Positions 1 through 9,726 of a stretch of 30,926 nt of DNA are shown here, piece after piece (the first letter of the stretch is position 1; each line of letters opens with the position of its first letter). The DNA comes from Gemmatimonadaceae bacterium. GTDB taxonomy: Bacteria; Gemmatimonadota; Gemmatimonadetes; Gemmatimonadales; Gemmatimonadaceae. The notes beneath the pieces were generated by a model, which saw only the letters and a program-made list of their open reading frames with translations, did no database searches and was not told the origin of the DNA. Where the stretch lies: contig JBBDYA010000111.1 in NCBI GenBank assembly GCA_040902005.1, positions 50,145 to 81,070 of the forward strand, read 5' to 3'. The translations under genes and the position numbers were made by a program.

Positions 1-1
1 A

Positions 2-29
2 GCGGCCCGTGGAGTGATCCACGGGCCGC
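2..29 (-). terminator. Terminator hairpin of a putative attenuator
   Basis: Perfect 12-bp inverted repeat GCGGCCCGTGGA-GTGA-TCCACGGGCCGC. Base 1 reads T on the minus strand, so a U-tract may continue outside the window. Confidence 0.7.
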
Positions 30-53
30 GGGGAGGGACTGAGTCGCGCTCGA

Positions 54-140
54 TTACGCGCGCAAGCGACCTCCGCGGGCTCCCGTGGCGGGGGCCGCGT
101 AGCTGAGGCCGTAATAGCGTGCGCTGGCGCGAATGGTCAT
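54..140 (-). CDS. Putative attenuator leader peptide MTIRASARYYGLSYAAPATGARGGRLRA (28 aa, 3 Tyr)
   Basis: Hand translation, ATG 140 to TAA 54. Tyr codons at 9, 10 and 14. The terminator hairpin follows 24 nt downstream. Confidence 0.65.
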   Translation of the reverse strand: MTIRASARYYGLSYAAPATGARGGRLRA

Positions 141-146
141 GGCGGT

Positions 147-175
147 AACATGGGGCGGGGAACGGGTCCGGTCAA
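147..175 (-). promoter_or_regulatory. Sigma70-like promoter TTGACC-N17-CATGTT for the leader transcript
   Basis: On the minus strand -35 is at 175-170 and -10 at 152-147, with a 17-bp spacer. The ATG follows 6 nt later and there is no SD, suggesting a leaderless transcript. Confidence 0.5.
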
Positions 176-250
176 CCGGCACCGGAAACGCCGCCACTCA
201 ACCCTTGGCCGCCGGCGGTTGTCGAATCTTTGATACCAACCCCACGTCCC

Positions 251-1120
251 ATGTCCATCTTCTCGAGAGTCCTGCCCCCCCTCGCCGTCATGCTTGTCGC
301 GGCCCCCTTCGAGGCCAGCGATGCCCAGCGGCGCGATTGGGACGACACCAACGTCGAAGGCGCCGAGTCGTGCCGCGCCATCTGGCGCGAGTACGGGCGC
401 ACCATGAGCGGGCGCCCGAGCGCCGTGCACTGCGAGATCCGCGACGTCGGGGTGACGCCGGCGCGCCGGATCGACGTGGACGGCGACGAGCACGGCGGAC
501 TGCGCGTGGTTGGCGCCCAGCGGTCGGACATTCGCGTGCGCCTGGTGATCCAGACACAGGGCGAGGATCTCGCCGACGCGCGCGACCTGGCGCGACAGGT
601 GTCGCTTGACCTCTCCAGAGCCACCTGGCGTCCCGAAGTCCCGGTCATTCGCGACAACCGCAGAATCGGCCGCCGCTATGTGTCGGCCACCGTCCTCATC
701 GACGCCCCGCGGCAGACGGATCTCATCGCGCGCGTCGAGCATGCGCCGATGTGGGTGGAAGGGCTGCGCGGCCGCCTCGACCTCGACGCTGCACACGGTC
801 CGCTGAATCTCAACGACGTTGGTGGCGATGTACGCGCCCGGGTGCGGCACGGACCGCTCACTATCGCCGTCACTGGACGGACGTGGGACGGCGCGGGCCT
901 CGATGCGCAGGCCGAGCACGGCCCGCTCACGCTGCGGCTCCCGCGGGAGTTCGACGCCGATCTCGAGATGGGCGCCGAGCACGGTCCCATGGACATCGAC
1001 TTTCCCGTGACGCTCACCCGCTTCGACCGCACCCGCATCAGCACGAAACTCGGCGCGGGTGGCCCGCGCATTCGCGCCTTCGCGACGCACGGTCCGCTCA
1101 GCGTGCACGTGGCGCGTTAG
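251..1120 (+). CDS. Exported DUF4097/adhesin-like beta-strand repeat protein
   Basis: Signal peptide (MSIFSRVLPPLAVMLVAAPFEASDA) and repeated 'HGP(L/M)x(L/I)' beta units. Start taken at ATG 251. Confidence 0.75.
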   Translation: MSIFSRVLPPLAVMLVAAPFEASDAQRRDWDDTNVEGAESCRAIWREYGRTMSGRPSAVHCEIRDVGVTPARRIDVDGDEHGGLRVVGAQRSDIRVRLVIQTQGEDLADARDLARQVSLDLSRATWRPEVPVIRDNRRIGRRYVSATVLIDAPRQTDLIARVEHAPMWVEGLRGRLDLDAAHGPLNLNDVGGDVRARVRHGPLTIAVTGRTWDGAGLDAQAEHGPLTLRLPREFDADLEMGAEHGPMDIDFPVTLTRFDRTRISTKLGAGGPRIRAFATHGPLSVHVAR

Positions 1121-1163
1121 CGAGTTGCCCTTGTCCTCCTGCCGGAGGCCCGATCGGGAACGA

Positions 1164-1202
1164 CGACGGCGCCGCTGTTTCAGGCAACGGCGCCGCCGCT
1201 TT
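1164..1202. terminator. Hairpin between convergent genes, likely intrinsic terminator
   Basis: CGACGGCGCCG...CGGCGCCGCCG followed by CTTT, located between stops at 1120 and 1215. Confidence 0.5.
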
Positions 1203-1214
1203 CATTATCTCCGG

Positions 1215-3560
1215 TCAGCGGTAGGTGATGAAGTTCCAGTCCTCCGTGGGCACGGCAACCGGCGTTCCGCCGCACGCCACGTACTTGATGCCACCCGGGT
1301 ACGTATCACCCGACTGCATCCAGGTCAGGGTAGTGGCGTCGATCTGCTCCAGCTCGATCACGTACGTCGAGCCCGGGGTGAGCGGCAGCGACGGGAAGTA
1401 GAAGCGCAGGAGCCGCTGGGTGCCCGTGCTCGCCGGCGCGATGAACGCCGTGGCGGTGCCGATGATCGAGCCGGTGGGAGACCCGGACCTGATGTGGATG
1501 GTGCTCGCGGCGCCCTGCGCGGGGAAACTGCCTCCGTCGCGCATGCGCAGCTCCACCGCGGTGAGGACGGACGCGCCCGGCGTGAAGCTCTGGAACAGGG
1601 AAAGCCCCGATCCGTTGCCGCAGCTGCCGCTGGAGCCGGTCTCCGGATCGTTGATCTGATCGATCAGGTCCTCGTGAACCACCGTCTTGAACGGCAGGTC
1701 CTTGCGGCTGCCGAGCGCCACCCAGATGCCGGCCGTGTTCGGGCGCGCGTCGAAGTAGGCATCGCCCCCGGTGTAGGGATCGCCGACCGGACCCTGCTGC
1801 ACCCCGCACGACTCCTCGTCCAGGTCGCGCGTCTTCAGCACGATCGCGTACTGCTGCGCCGCATTCACGGTCGTGGGCGAGGCGAACGGGATGCGCCGGA
1901 ACGCGGTCGGCGCGATCTCCGGCAGCACGAGGCTCGACGCCGGCGCGAACTGTCGGGCGAGCACCTGCCCCGTGGGAATCCCCTCGCTCACCAGGTGGAT
2001 CTCGACGACCAGCGTACTGCCGGAGCTGCACCCCACCGGGAACGCCACTTCCGTGAGCGTGCCGGAGCGCGGCGCGGTGAAAACCTGGGCCAGGATCTGC
2101 TGCGACAGCGGGCCGCCGCCGATGCCGAGCGGGCCGACCTCACCGTCGATGGTGAGCTGCTCGGCCTCGGCCGGGGGTGGCGCAGAGACCAGGAACGACT
2201 GCGTGGCCAGGTTGTTGTCGAGCGTCACCTCGGAAGCGGCTTCGGCGACGCTGACGATGAGGTAGTACGAGCCCGCGGCCGCGGGGGTGAAGGAGTGCGA
2301 CACCGGGAAGCCCGGGGCATCGGGAAGCAGCGCGGGTACCGCGGCCGAGCCGAGGGCGAGGTCGCCTTCGTCCAGCTCGGCGTCGCTGGAGAGATAGGCC
2401 GACACCGTGGTGGGCGCGCTGGTGGCCGTTGCGTCGCCGTCGCTGCGGCGGCTGCGATTCTCCACCACGTAACTCACCGTGGCGCCGTTCCCGGCGATCA
2501 CACCGGCGGTGGCCGTGAGATTCACCACCGCGAGGTCAGGCTCCGACTCCGGATCGACGCCGTTGAAGTTCGAGAAGGAGCTGAAGTCGTGCTCCGGACC
2601 GCTGTCGAACGCGTATGCGTTCTTCGGGGACACGAACTTCGCGATCCACTTCGACGCCACGTACATCGCGCGCTCCACGCGGCCCATGGCCTGCGGGTCC
2701 GGCTCGTCGCAGTGAACCAGCTCCCCGGTCTGGGACTCGGATTTCGGCAGGATCTCGATGCCGTCTTCCTGCGTGGCCCCGGGCGTATAGTCGGCCGGGC
2801 TGTCGGGTTTGTCGTGCGCCACGCGCATCCGCGCGTCGATCGGGCGTCCCCCGGTCTCGTCCTCCGGGTGCTCCAGCGGACGGCGGTCGCCAGTTTCCAC
2901 CATGCACACCGCGAACCGGCCGGGCTGCGTGAGTTTCAGGTTGGGATAGGACTCGAGAATGTAGAACAGCGGATACTGGCACCGCCGCGTCTGGAGGGGA
3001 CCGGCGCAGTGTCCCGGATACGGCGTGGGATCTTCCGCGAGCACCACGATGCGATCCTCTTGGGTGCTGCCGGACGACCAGCTCACCCCCGCGTGCTGCG
3101 ACGGCGTCTGCATGAACAGGGGATCGCCGGCGGGCACGACCTCGATGACCACGTCGCCCGTGGGGATCGTGGCGATCGGCGCATTCCCGCCATCGTGCAC
3201 CCAGCGCGCCATGTTCGTGATCAGGAGCGCCGTGGCCTGTACCTTCTCGACGCCGTCGGGAGGGGTGAAGCCGCCGGTCTTCTCCACCAGCCACGCGGAG
3301 AGCGTGTTGAGGTGCTTGACGGCGCCCGCGAGGTCGCCCCGGTTCTTCGTGCGCTTTACCGTGGACCAGCGGGCGGCGACGGAGGTCTCGAGCCCGGTCG
3401 GCAGCAGCTCGAGAATCTGCGCGTCGATGTAGTCCGCAAGGGCCACGTTCGACATCGGGCCCGTGTGCCGGGCCAGACCCGCCCCGGTGGGGGGCACGTC
3501 GGAGCATGCTCCGGCCAGAAGCCATACGGCGGCGACGACAATCAGTGAGCGGCTTCGCAT
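1215..3560 (-). CDS. Large lipoprotein with a CARDB/Ig-like domain and two C-terminal beta-sandwich repeats
   Basis: Lipobox in MRSRSLIVVAAVWLLAGAC. CARDB-like segment PDLAVVNLT...EVTLDNN. Two related units AQVFT..GTLTEV..QYAIVL and FQSFT..VLTAV..TYVIEL. Confidence 0.7.
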   Translation of the reverse strand: MRSRSLIVVAAVWLLAGACSDVPPTGAGLARHTGPMSNVALADYIDAQILELLPTGLETSVAARWSTVKRTKNRGDLAGAVKHLNTLSAWLVEKTGGFTPPDGVEKVQATALLITNMARWVHDGGNAPIATIPTGDVVIEVVPAGDPLFMQTPSQHAGVSWSSGSTQEDRIVVLAEDPTPYPGHCAGPLQTRRCQYPLFYILESYPNLKLTQPGRFAVCMVETGDRRPLEHPEDETGGRPIDARMRVAHDKPDSPADYTPGATQEDGIEILPKSESQTGELVHCDEPDPQAMGRVERAMYVASKWIAKFVSPKNAYAFDSGPEHDFSSFSNFNGVDPESEPDLAVVNLTATAGVIAGNGATVSYVVENRSRRSDGDATATSAPTTVSAYLSSDAELDEGDLALGSAAVPALLPDAPGFPVSHSFTPAAAGSYYLIVSVAEAASEVTLDNNLATQSFLVSAPPPAEAEQLTIDGEVGPLGIGGGPLSQQILAQVFTAPRSGTLTEVAFPVGCSSGSTLVVEIHLVSEGIPTGQVLARQFAPASSLVLPEIAPTAFRRIPFASPTTVNAAQQYAIVLKTRDLDEESCGVQQGPVGDPYTGGDAYFDARPNTAGIWVALGSRKDLPFKTVVHEDLIDQINDPETGSSGSCGNGSGLSLFQSFTPGASVLTAVELRMRDGGSFPAQGAASTIHIRSGSPTGSIIGTATAFIAPASTGTQRLLRFYFPSLPLTPGSTYVIELEQIDATTLTWMQSGDTYPGGIKYVACGGTPVAVPTEDWNFITYR

Positions 3561-3601
3561 AAGACTCCAATCCGTCGAGGGGAACATCGGAATGTGCTGA
3601 A

Positions 3602-6160
3602 TTACAGCCCCGCTACAAGGGCCCTGAATCTCGGAAACGTCTGCAGGTCCCGCCACCACCAGTTGGTGCGGTTCACGAAACCGCGCCGGTGGTCGGGATT
3701 CACGGTGACGTAGTCACTGATGAGCGAAACGGCCTCGTCATAGTCGCCGAGGAGGACGCGCACCGAGGCTTCCTGCGCGGCGAACTCGCGGCGCGGGTCC
3801 GCCGTACGGTCGGCGACCCGGGCGCGCTGGAGCACCGCGCGGGCGCTGTCGGCCAGGGCGGGGTTCCTCGTGGCGAGCGACGCCTGGGCGATGGCGCCGG
3901 CCACGAGAATCTCGCCGCGCCGGCGGGTGAAGGGGCGCGCGGGCTCCGGCGTGCGTGCCACGTACTCGCTCAGGTACGCCCAGGCGCTGTCGACGTCGGG
4001 CGTCTGCCCTTTCGCCCGGTACATGTACAGGCGACCCTCGATCCCGAACGGATCGTGCGGAAAACGGCGCTGGAACTCCGAGAGCTTCTTCATGGCCTCG
4101 GGGAAGAGCTCGAGGTTGTACGTCGCCAGGAACAGCCGGATCAGGATGGGCCGTGCCGACCGCAGGTAGGCGTCGGCCTCGTAAGCCTTCTCCGCTGAAC
4201 GTATAACCTCCAGGAGGTCCGGTTTGCGGTAATGCAACGCACTGAGTGCGTCCCACGCACCGGCCTGATTCCTGTTGACGGTCACGGCCAGCGTCAACGC
4301 CTGCTCGGCGTCGGCCAACACGCGATCCGTTTCCCTGACCTCCGTCACCACGTGCTGGTTGACCTTGAGGTACAGGAGCTTGCCCTTGAACTCCAGGGCG
4401 TCGGGGTTGCGCGGCTCCAGGCGCAGGGCGCGCTCCACGTGCGCCAGACCGCTGTCGATGAGGGCCGGCAGACGCGCCGGCTCACGGCCGACCGCCTGGG
4501 CCATGGCGTGGGCCACGGTGGCCCGCAGGACCGGAGGCACCACCCAACGCTCGTCCGCCGCCTCGGCCTGGCGGAGCAGGGAATCGGAAGCGTACAAGGC
4601 GGCGAGCGCTCGCGCCCCGTGCCCCCCGCTGCGCAGCGAATCGGCGTCCTTGACGCGCCGCTCGGCGCGCTGCACCAGCATCCAGGCGTCGGTGCTCGTG
4701 GTGGCCCGCTTGCGGTCGCGCAGTATCACCTCCGGGCCGATCCGCTCGCGAAGAAAAAGCGCCACCTGGTTCGCCAGCGAGTCGGTGATCGCCACCACCT
4801 GCGCCCGCGTGCTGTCGTACTCGAATCCCTTCCGCGCGACGAAGGCGCCGGTGCCGTCGAGCAGGCGCACCGTGATGCTCGCGCCGCGCGGCGTGGGCTC
4901 CACGGTGCCGCGCACGATGCTCCCGGCGCCCAGCGCGCGGCTGATGCTGTCCATGGGCACGGCGGCGCCACGGAAGGGCAGCACGCCGTTGCGCGACACC
5001 ACGCTCAGCGCGGGAACTTCGGCCAGCCGCTCGATCAGCGACTCGGTGAGGCCGTCGGCCAGCTCGCGCGTGCGCCCGTCGCTGCTGGCGTCGTCGAAGT
5101 ACAGGACTGCGATGCGATCCGCGTTGGGATCGCTGCTGCGCCGGTTCGAGGGTCCCATCCAGCCCCAGGCGCCGACCGCCACGGCGAGCACGCCGAGCGC
5201 CGCGCCCACCCCCACCACGAAGGGCAGAGCCCGGGTGCCCGCTTCACCCTCCGGCGCGGGATGGCGCCGTGTGGCCCGCATCTGCGCAGTACGGGTGGCG
5301 GTGCGCCGGGCCCACGTACCCGTGGTGTTCACTACGCCGGAGAGCGCCTCGCCGAAGTCGCCCACGGTGGGGAAGCGGTCGGCCGGCACTTTCTCGAGGG
5401 CGCGGAGAATCACGTCCTCCAGCTCCTCGGGCACCGATGGCCGCACGGTGCTGATCAGCTGCACCGGCTCGCCCACGTGCTTCATCACGAGCATCTGGAG
5501 CGTGGACGCCACGAAGGGCGGCTGTCCCGTGAGCATCTCGTACGCCACGCACGCCAGGCTGTACTGGTCGGCGCGGCCGTCGATGTTGCGCTCGCCCATG
5601 GCCTGCTCGGGGCTCATGTACGTGGGGGTGCCGACGGAGACGCCCGTTTGCGTGAGCGCCTCCACGTCGGTCGCGCTGGACACGGCGCGCGCGATCCCGA
5701 AGTCTGCCACCACTGCCTCCTGCCCCTGGAGCAGGATGTTCTCCGGCTTGATGTCGCGGTGGATGATGTTGCGCGTGTGCGCGTGCTGGAGCGCGCTGGC
5801 GATCTGCGTGGTGATCCGGATGGCGTCTTCCACGGGCAGCTGCCGCTCTCGCTCCAGGCGGTCGCGCAGCGACTCGCCCTCGACGAACGGCATCACGTAA
5901 TACAGGTTGCGGTCCTCGGTCTGTCCCGAGTCGAACGCCGGGAGGATGTTCGGATGCGTGAGCCCTGTGGCGATCTTGATCTCCCGGTGGAAGCGCTCCG
6001 CGCCCACGGCCGCGGCAAGGTCCGGGTGCAGGAGCTTGATCGCCACCGGGCGATCGAACTTCGTGTCCGTGCACAGATAGACAGTCGCCATGCCGCCGCG
6101 ACCGAGCTCGCGCTCGATCCGGTACCGGTCGCCAAACGAGGGGCGTGACGGTGTTACCAT
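3602..6160 (-). CDS. Hanks-type Ser/Thr protein kinase with TM helix, TolB-N-like domain and TPR-like C-terminus
   Basis: GRGGMATVY, VAIK, HRDIKPEN, DFG and GTPTYMSPE motifs; one TM helix; 'IAVLYF...ADGLTESLI'; helical repeats. Confidence 0.92.
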   Translation of the reverse strand: MVTPSRPSFGDRYRIERELGRGGMATVYLCTDTKFDRPVAIKLLHPDLAAAVGAERFHREIKIATGLTHPNILPAFDSGQTEDRNLYYVMPFVEGESLRDRLERERQLPVEDAIRITTQIASALQHAHTRNIIHRDIKPENILLQGQEAVVADFGIARAVSSATDVEALTQTGVSVGTPTYMSPEQAMGERNIDGRADQYSLACVAYEMLTGQPPFVASTLQMLVMKHVGEPVQLISTVRPSVPEELEDVILRALEKVPADRFPTVGDFGEALSGVVNTTGTWARRTATRTAQMRATRRHPAPEGEAGTRALPFVVGVGAALGVLAVAVGAWGWMGPSNRRSSDPNADRIAVLYFDDASSDGRTRELADGLTESLIERLAEVPALSVVSRNGVLPFRGAAVPMDSISRALGAGSIVRGTVEPTPRGASITVRLLDGTGAFVARKGFEYDSTRAQVVAITDSLANQVALFLRERIGPEVILRDRKRATTSTDAWMLVQRAERRVKDADSLRSGGHGARALAALYASDSLLRQAEAADERWVVPPVLRATVAHAMAQAVGREPARLPALIDSGLAHVERALRLEPRNPDALEFKGKLLYLKVNQHVVTEVRETDRVLADAEQALTLAVTVNRNQAGAWDALSALHYRKPDLLEVIRSAEKAYEADAYLRSARPILIRLFLATYNLELFPEAMKKLSEFQRRFPHDPFGIEGRLYMYRAKGQTPDVDSAWAYLSEYVARTPEPARPFTRRRGEILVAGAIAQASLATRNPALADSARAVLQRARVADRTADPRREFAAQEASVRVLLGDYDEAVSLISDYVTVNPDHRRGFVNRTNWWWRDLQTFPRFRALVAGL

Positions 6161-6287
6161 GTCCTTCTCATCAGGGCTGCGCCACAGCTAGCATACAGAT
6201 GTTTAAGCGCCTTCGCCAGATTGATTTCCTCTACCTTGCGGTCGCGGTTCGCAACCGTGTCCGGCTACCCGGGTGTCCAAGTCCTAC

Positions 6288-6692
6288 ATGATCACACGCA
6301 GAGTAGCCATTGCGCGGGTTGCCGCAATCGCTATCGCGGCCTTGGTGCCTCGGCGGCTGATGGCCATGCACCACGAGCCCTTTCCGCACCCCGATCCCCG
6401 GCCCGGGATCACCGGCGCCGCCGTCCTTCCCCTGGACCAGCTTCCCGACCGGAAACGCGTGCGCGCGGCGTTCGAGGCGGCACGCGCGAACGCCCAGGTC
6501 TTCGATAGCGTGTACTGCGTATGCGAGTGCGCGCACGCCATGGACCACCGCTCGCTGCTGGCGTGCTTCGAGTCCAGCCAGCCGGTGGGATGCTGGGCAT
6601 GCCAAGAACAGGCGCAGGCCGTGGAAGAATGGTTGAAAGAAGGGAAGTCGCTGGCAGCGATCCGGGCCGCCGTGGACAAGCAATGGGGCTAG
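6288..6692 (+). CDS. PCYCGC-motif-like exported Cys/His metal-binding protein
   Basis: VYCVCEC...HRSLLACF...CWAC...GKSLAAIRAAVDKQWG, preceded by an N-terminal RR signal. Confidence 0.7.
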   Translation: MITRRVAIARVAAIAIAALVPRRLMAMHHEPFPHPDPRPGITGAAVLPLDQLPDRKRVRAAFEAARANAQVFDSVYCVCECAHAMDHRSLLACFESSQPVGCWACQEQAQAVEEWLKEGKSLAAIRAAVDKQWG

Positions 6693-6883
6693 GTGCCGCT
6701 GATACACCTCACTGAAAACGCCCGCTGCCTCTCGCCATCGTCGTGACGTCCGAGCGACCGCTGTCCGCTCCCGAAGTTGTAGAACCATGCGGTTCCTGGA
6801 CCCGTTTCCGACGCTGTCCAGTAGAAGCCGTGAGCATCCACACGTGCATAGTCGAAGAGATCGCCCGCTCTCGATCAGCAGAC

Positions 6884-9613
6884 TTACTTCTGAGCGCCCT
6901 GCAACCCCGCGAGCCAATTCTTGACCAGCACCACGCGCCCGCGCCCGGTGCTCAACGGCAACACCATGACGAACCGTCTCCCGTCCGCCGTGACGTCGAA
7001 CTGCCGATGCCCGGGATGCGCCGCGTACTCCGCTGCGGGGAACAGCACGCGTGACGTCCCCGCCGCGAACGTGGGCACCGTCTGCACCGACACCGCGATC
7101 ATGTTCCCGGACGCGTCCCGATAGAACAGCTCGTCCCCGCGCCGTGACCACACCGGCTCCGCGCCCCCCCCCCCGCGCGTGGACAGCACCCAGCGCGCCG
7201 AGCTCGTGTTGGGGAAGGGAACCACGTGCACCTCGTACCGCCCGCTCTCGTCCGACGCGTACGCCAGAAACCGTCCGTCCGGCGAGAGCGCCGGCTGCAT
7301 CTCCGCCGCCGGTGTCGCAAGCAGCGGCATCGGCGTGCTGTCCATGGCCGCCCGCACCGCGTAGAGGTCTCCGCTGCCGCTCCCGGTCGTGGCGGTCGTG
7401 CGGAACACCAGCCATTTCCCGTCCGCCGACCAATGCGACTCCGTCGGGAGGAGTCCCGACAGCGGCAGTTGCGACGCGACGGCGGAGCCGTCGGCCCGCT
7501 TCCGCCACAGGCTGTATCCTCCGCTCGTGTCCCCCCGGAAATAGCTGACGGACGCGCCGTCGCTCGTCCACGCCGGGTAGTCCCACCGCGACGCCCGCTC
7601 GGTGGTCAGTCGCGTCGGTGACCCTTCGACCCCTCCGGGCCCCCTCACCCCGGGCCCGCCCCCGCCTCGGAGTTCCGCGATCCAGATGTCGCGCCCCTGC
7701 TCGAACGCCAGCCTGCGTCCGTCGGGGGAAAGCGCTGGAAAGTTGAGGTTTCCGCGCAGCGACGAATCCACCGGCTGTCGCGCGCCGTTCCGCGCCACCC
7801 ACACGAGCTCCTTGTCGCCGACGTTGCCCACCATGTAGACGAGCGTGCCGTTGGCCGAGACGTCGAACTGCAGCACCTGGCCGCTCCCGGAGGGCGCCTC
7901 AGCCACGGGGATGGGCGGCCCGGTCGTCGCGAGCCGCCGCGCATCGAATCGCAAGGCCATCAGCCTTCCGTCGCGCTCGTAGACGAGATGTCCCGGGTGC
8001 GCGTACCGCGCGTAACGTCCCCCCCTGTTGCCCAGCTCGTGCACCGTCGTGTCGCCCGGCTTGAACGCGACGATCGACGCACGCGCGGTGTGGTATGCCA
8101 CGATCCCTCCGCCGTTGCCGTCGGGCAGCACCAGGACGTCCAGCATGGTTCCGTTTTCCGTTCTCGAGATCACCAGTTCCGGCGACGCTCCTCCCGCCGC
8201 CGCCACACGGCTGACCGCTCCCCGCAGCCCGCTCGCCGTGTAGTAGATGAAGCCGTCCGCCGCCCAGTCCGGCGCGCTCACGTTCGACGGCACCAGCGTC
8301 GTCGAGCTGCCCCCGCGGAGCGACACCGTGCGCAGGCTGGACGCGACCACGAACGCCAGCGCCTGCCCGTCCGGCGACAGCGTCACGCTCGTCGCGCCCT
8401 CGGTGCCGGGGACGGGACGCGGCTCCAGCTCGTCCATCTCGCGCACCCAGAGCCGCGACGGTCCAGCGGAATCGGCGCCGACGTAGGCGATCCGCGAGCC
8501 GTCGCGCGCGATCGCGAGCGTCCGGCCGTAGTACGAGAGCATGGTCACCGCCGGCGCCGGTCGCTGCACGTTGAGCTCGGAGATGTCGAACCGCTCGATG
8601 CGACTCGGTCTCGAGTCTCCAAGCAGCCGGCCCGTCCAGCTCGTGTCGCCGCCCCCGGCGCGCGCGTTCAATGTGAGCACGGTCGCCAGTACCAGCGCGG
8701 CCGCAGCGACCCCGAGGATGATCCACAGTTTCCTGGAGCCTCCCGCCGGTGTGCGTTGATATCCCGCGCTTACCAGCCCTTGGGACGCATCCGTCAGCGC
8801 GCGCGCGAAGGCCGCGGCGCTGGCGAACCGGTCGGCCGGGAGCTTGGCCAGCGCCTTGAGGACGCTCCCTTCTATATGTAGAGGGATCGTGTCGCGGACG
8901 GTGGTCGGGGGCGTCGGCCGCTCGGTGAGGACCTTGGCGACGATCGCCTGCACGGACGCCCCGGTGAACGGCGCCTCTCCCGTGAGCATCTCGTAAAGGA
9001 CGGCGCCCGCAGCGTAGACGTCCGCGCGCCCGTCAATGTGCTTGTCTCCTGTCGCCTGCTCGGGGCTCATGTACTGCGGCGTCCCCAGCGACAGCCCCGT
9101 CTGCGTCATGCGCTGCCCGCCCGCCGCGGTGACCGCGAGCGCGATCCCGAAGTCGGCGACCATCGCGCTGCCGTCGTGCAGCAGGATGTTCTCCGGCTTG
9201 ATGTCGCGGTGGACCACGCCGCTCCGGTGGGCGTAGTCCAGGGCGCTCAGCACCTCGGTGGCGATGCGCAGCGCCTCGTCGATCGGCAGCAGCTGCTCGC
9301 GCGTGAGCCGCGCGCGCAGCGTCTCGCCCGGGACGTAGGGCATCACGTAGTAGAGAAATCCCTCCGCCTCGCCGGAATCGTGGAGCGGGAGGATGTGCGG
9401 ATGGTGCAGGTTCGCGGTGGTCTTGATCTCGGCCAGGAACCGCTCGGCGCCCAGCGCGGCGGCCAGGTCAGGGTGGAGGACCTTGAGCGCGACCTTCCGG
9501 TCGTGGCGCAGGTCCCGCGCGACGTAGACCGTCGCCATGCCCCCGACGCCGGCCTGCGACTCGATGACGTACCGGCCGCCGAGGGCGGCGGCCAGCCTTA
9601 CGGAGGCATCCAT
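6884..9613 (-). CDS. Ser/Thr protein kinase with PD40/TolB-like beta-propeller sensor
   Basis: Kinase motifs HRDIKPEN, DFG, GTPQYMSPE; one TM helix; repeated (S)PDG...(L/I)A(F/Y) blades. Start taken at MDASVRL. Confidence 0.92.
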   Translation of the reverse strand: MDASVRLAAALGGRYVIESQAGVGGMATVYVARDLRHDRKVALKVLHPDLAAALGAERFLAEIKTTANLHHPHILPLHDSGEAEGFLYYVMPYVPGETLRARLTREQLLPIDEALRIATEVLSALDYAHRSGVVHRDIKPENILLHDGSAMVADFGIALAVTAAGGQRMTQTGLSLGTPQYMSPEQATGDKHIDGRADVYAAGAVLYEMLTGEAPFTGASVQAIVAKVLTERPTPPTTVRDTIPLHIEGSVLKALAKLPADRFASAAAFARALTDASQGLVSAGYQRTPAGGSRKLWIILGVAAAALVLATVLTLNARAGGGDTSWTGRLLGDSRPSRIERFDISELNVQRPAPAVTMLSYYGRTLAIARDGSRIAYVGADSAGPSRLWVREMDELEPRPVPGTEGATSVTLSPDGQALAFVVASSLRTVSLRGGSSTTLVPSNVSAPDWAADGFIYYTASGLRGAVSRVAAAGGASPELVISRTENGTMLDVLVLPDGNGGGIVAYHTARASIVAFKPGDTTVHELGNRGGRYARYAHPGHLVYERDGRLMALRFDARRLATTGPPIPVAEAPSGSGQVLQFDVSANGTLVYMVGNVGDKELVWVARNGARQPVDSSLRGNLNFPALSPDGRRLAFEQGRDIWIAELRGGGGPGVRGPGGVEGSPTRLTTERASRWDYPAWTSDGASVSYFRGDTSGGYSLWRKRADGSAVASQLPLSGLLPTESHWSADGKWLVFRTTATTGSGSGDLYAVRAAMDSTPMPLLATPAAEMQPALSPDGRFLAYASDESGRYEVHVVPFPNTSSARWVLSTRGGGGAEPVWSRRGDELFYRDASGNMIAVSVQTVPTFAAGTSRVLFPAAEYAAHPGHRQFDVTADGRRFVMVLPLSTGRGRVVLVKNWLAGLQGAQK

Positions 9614-9726
9614 GCGCGAAAATATGGTCAGGTAGCGCCGGTCGCTACGGCATGCGCCCACGATTACGATGCAGCCCGACGCGCAGCGGACGTGCGAACT
9701 CCCTGCACGCACCGTACGTTAGCCCC

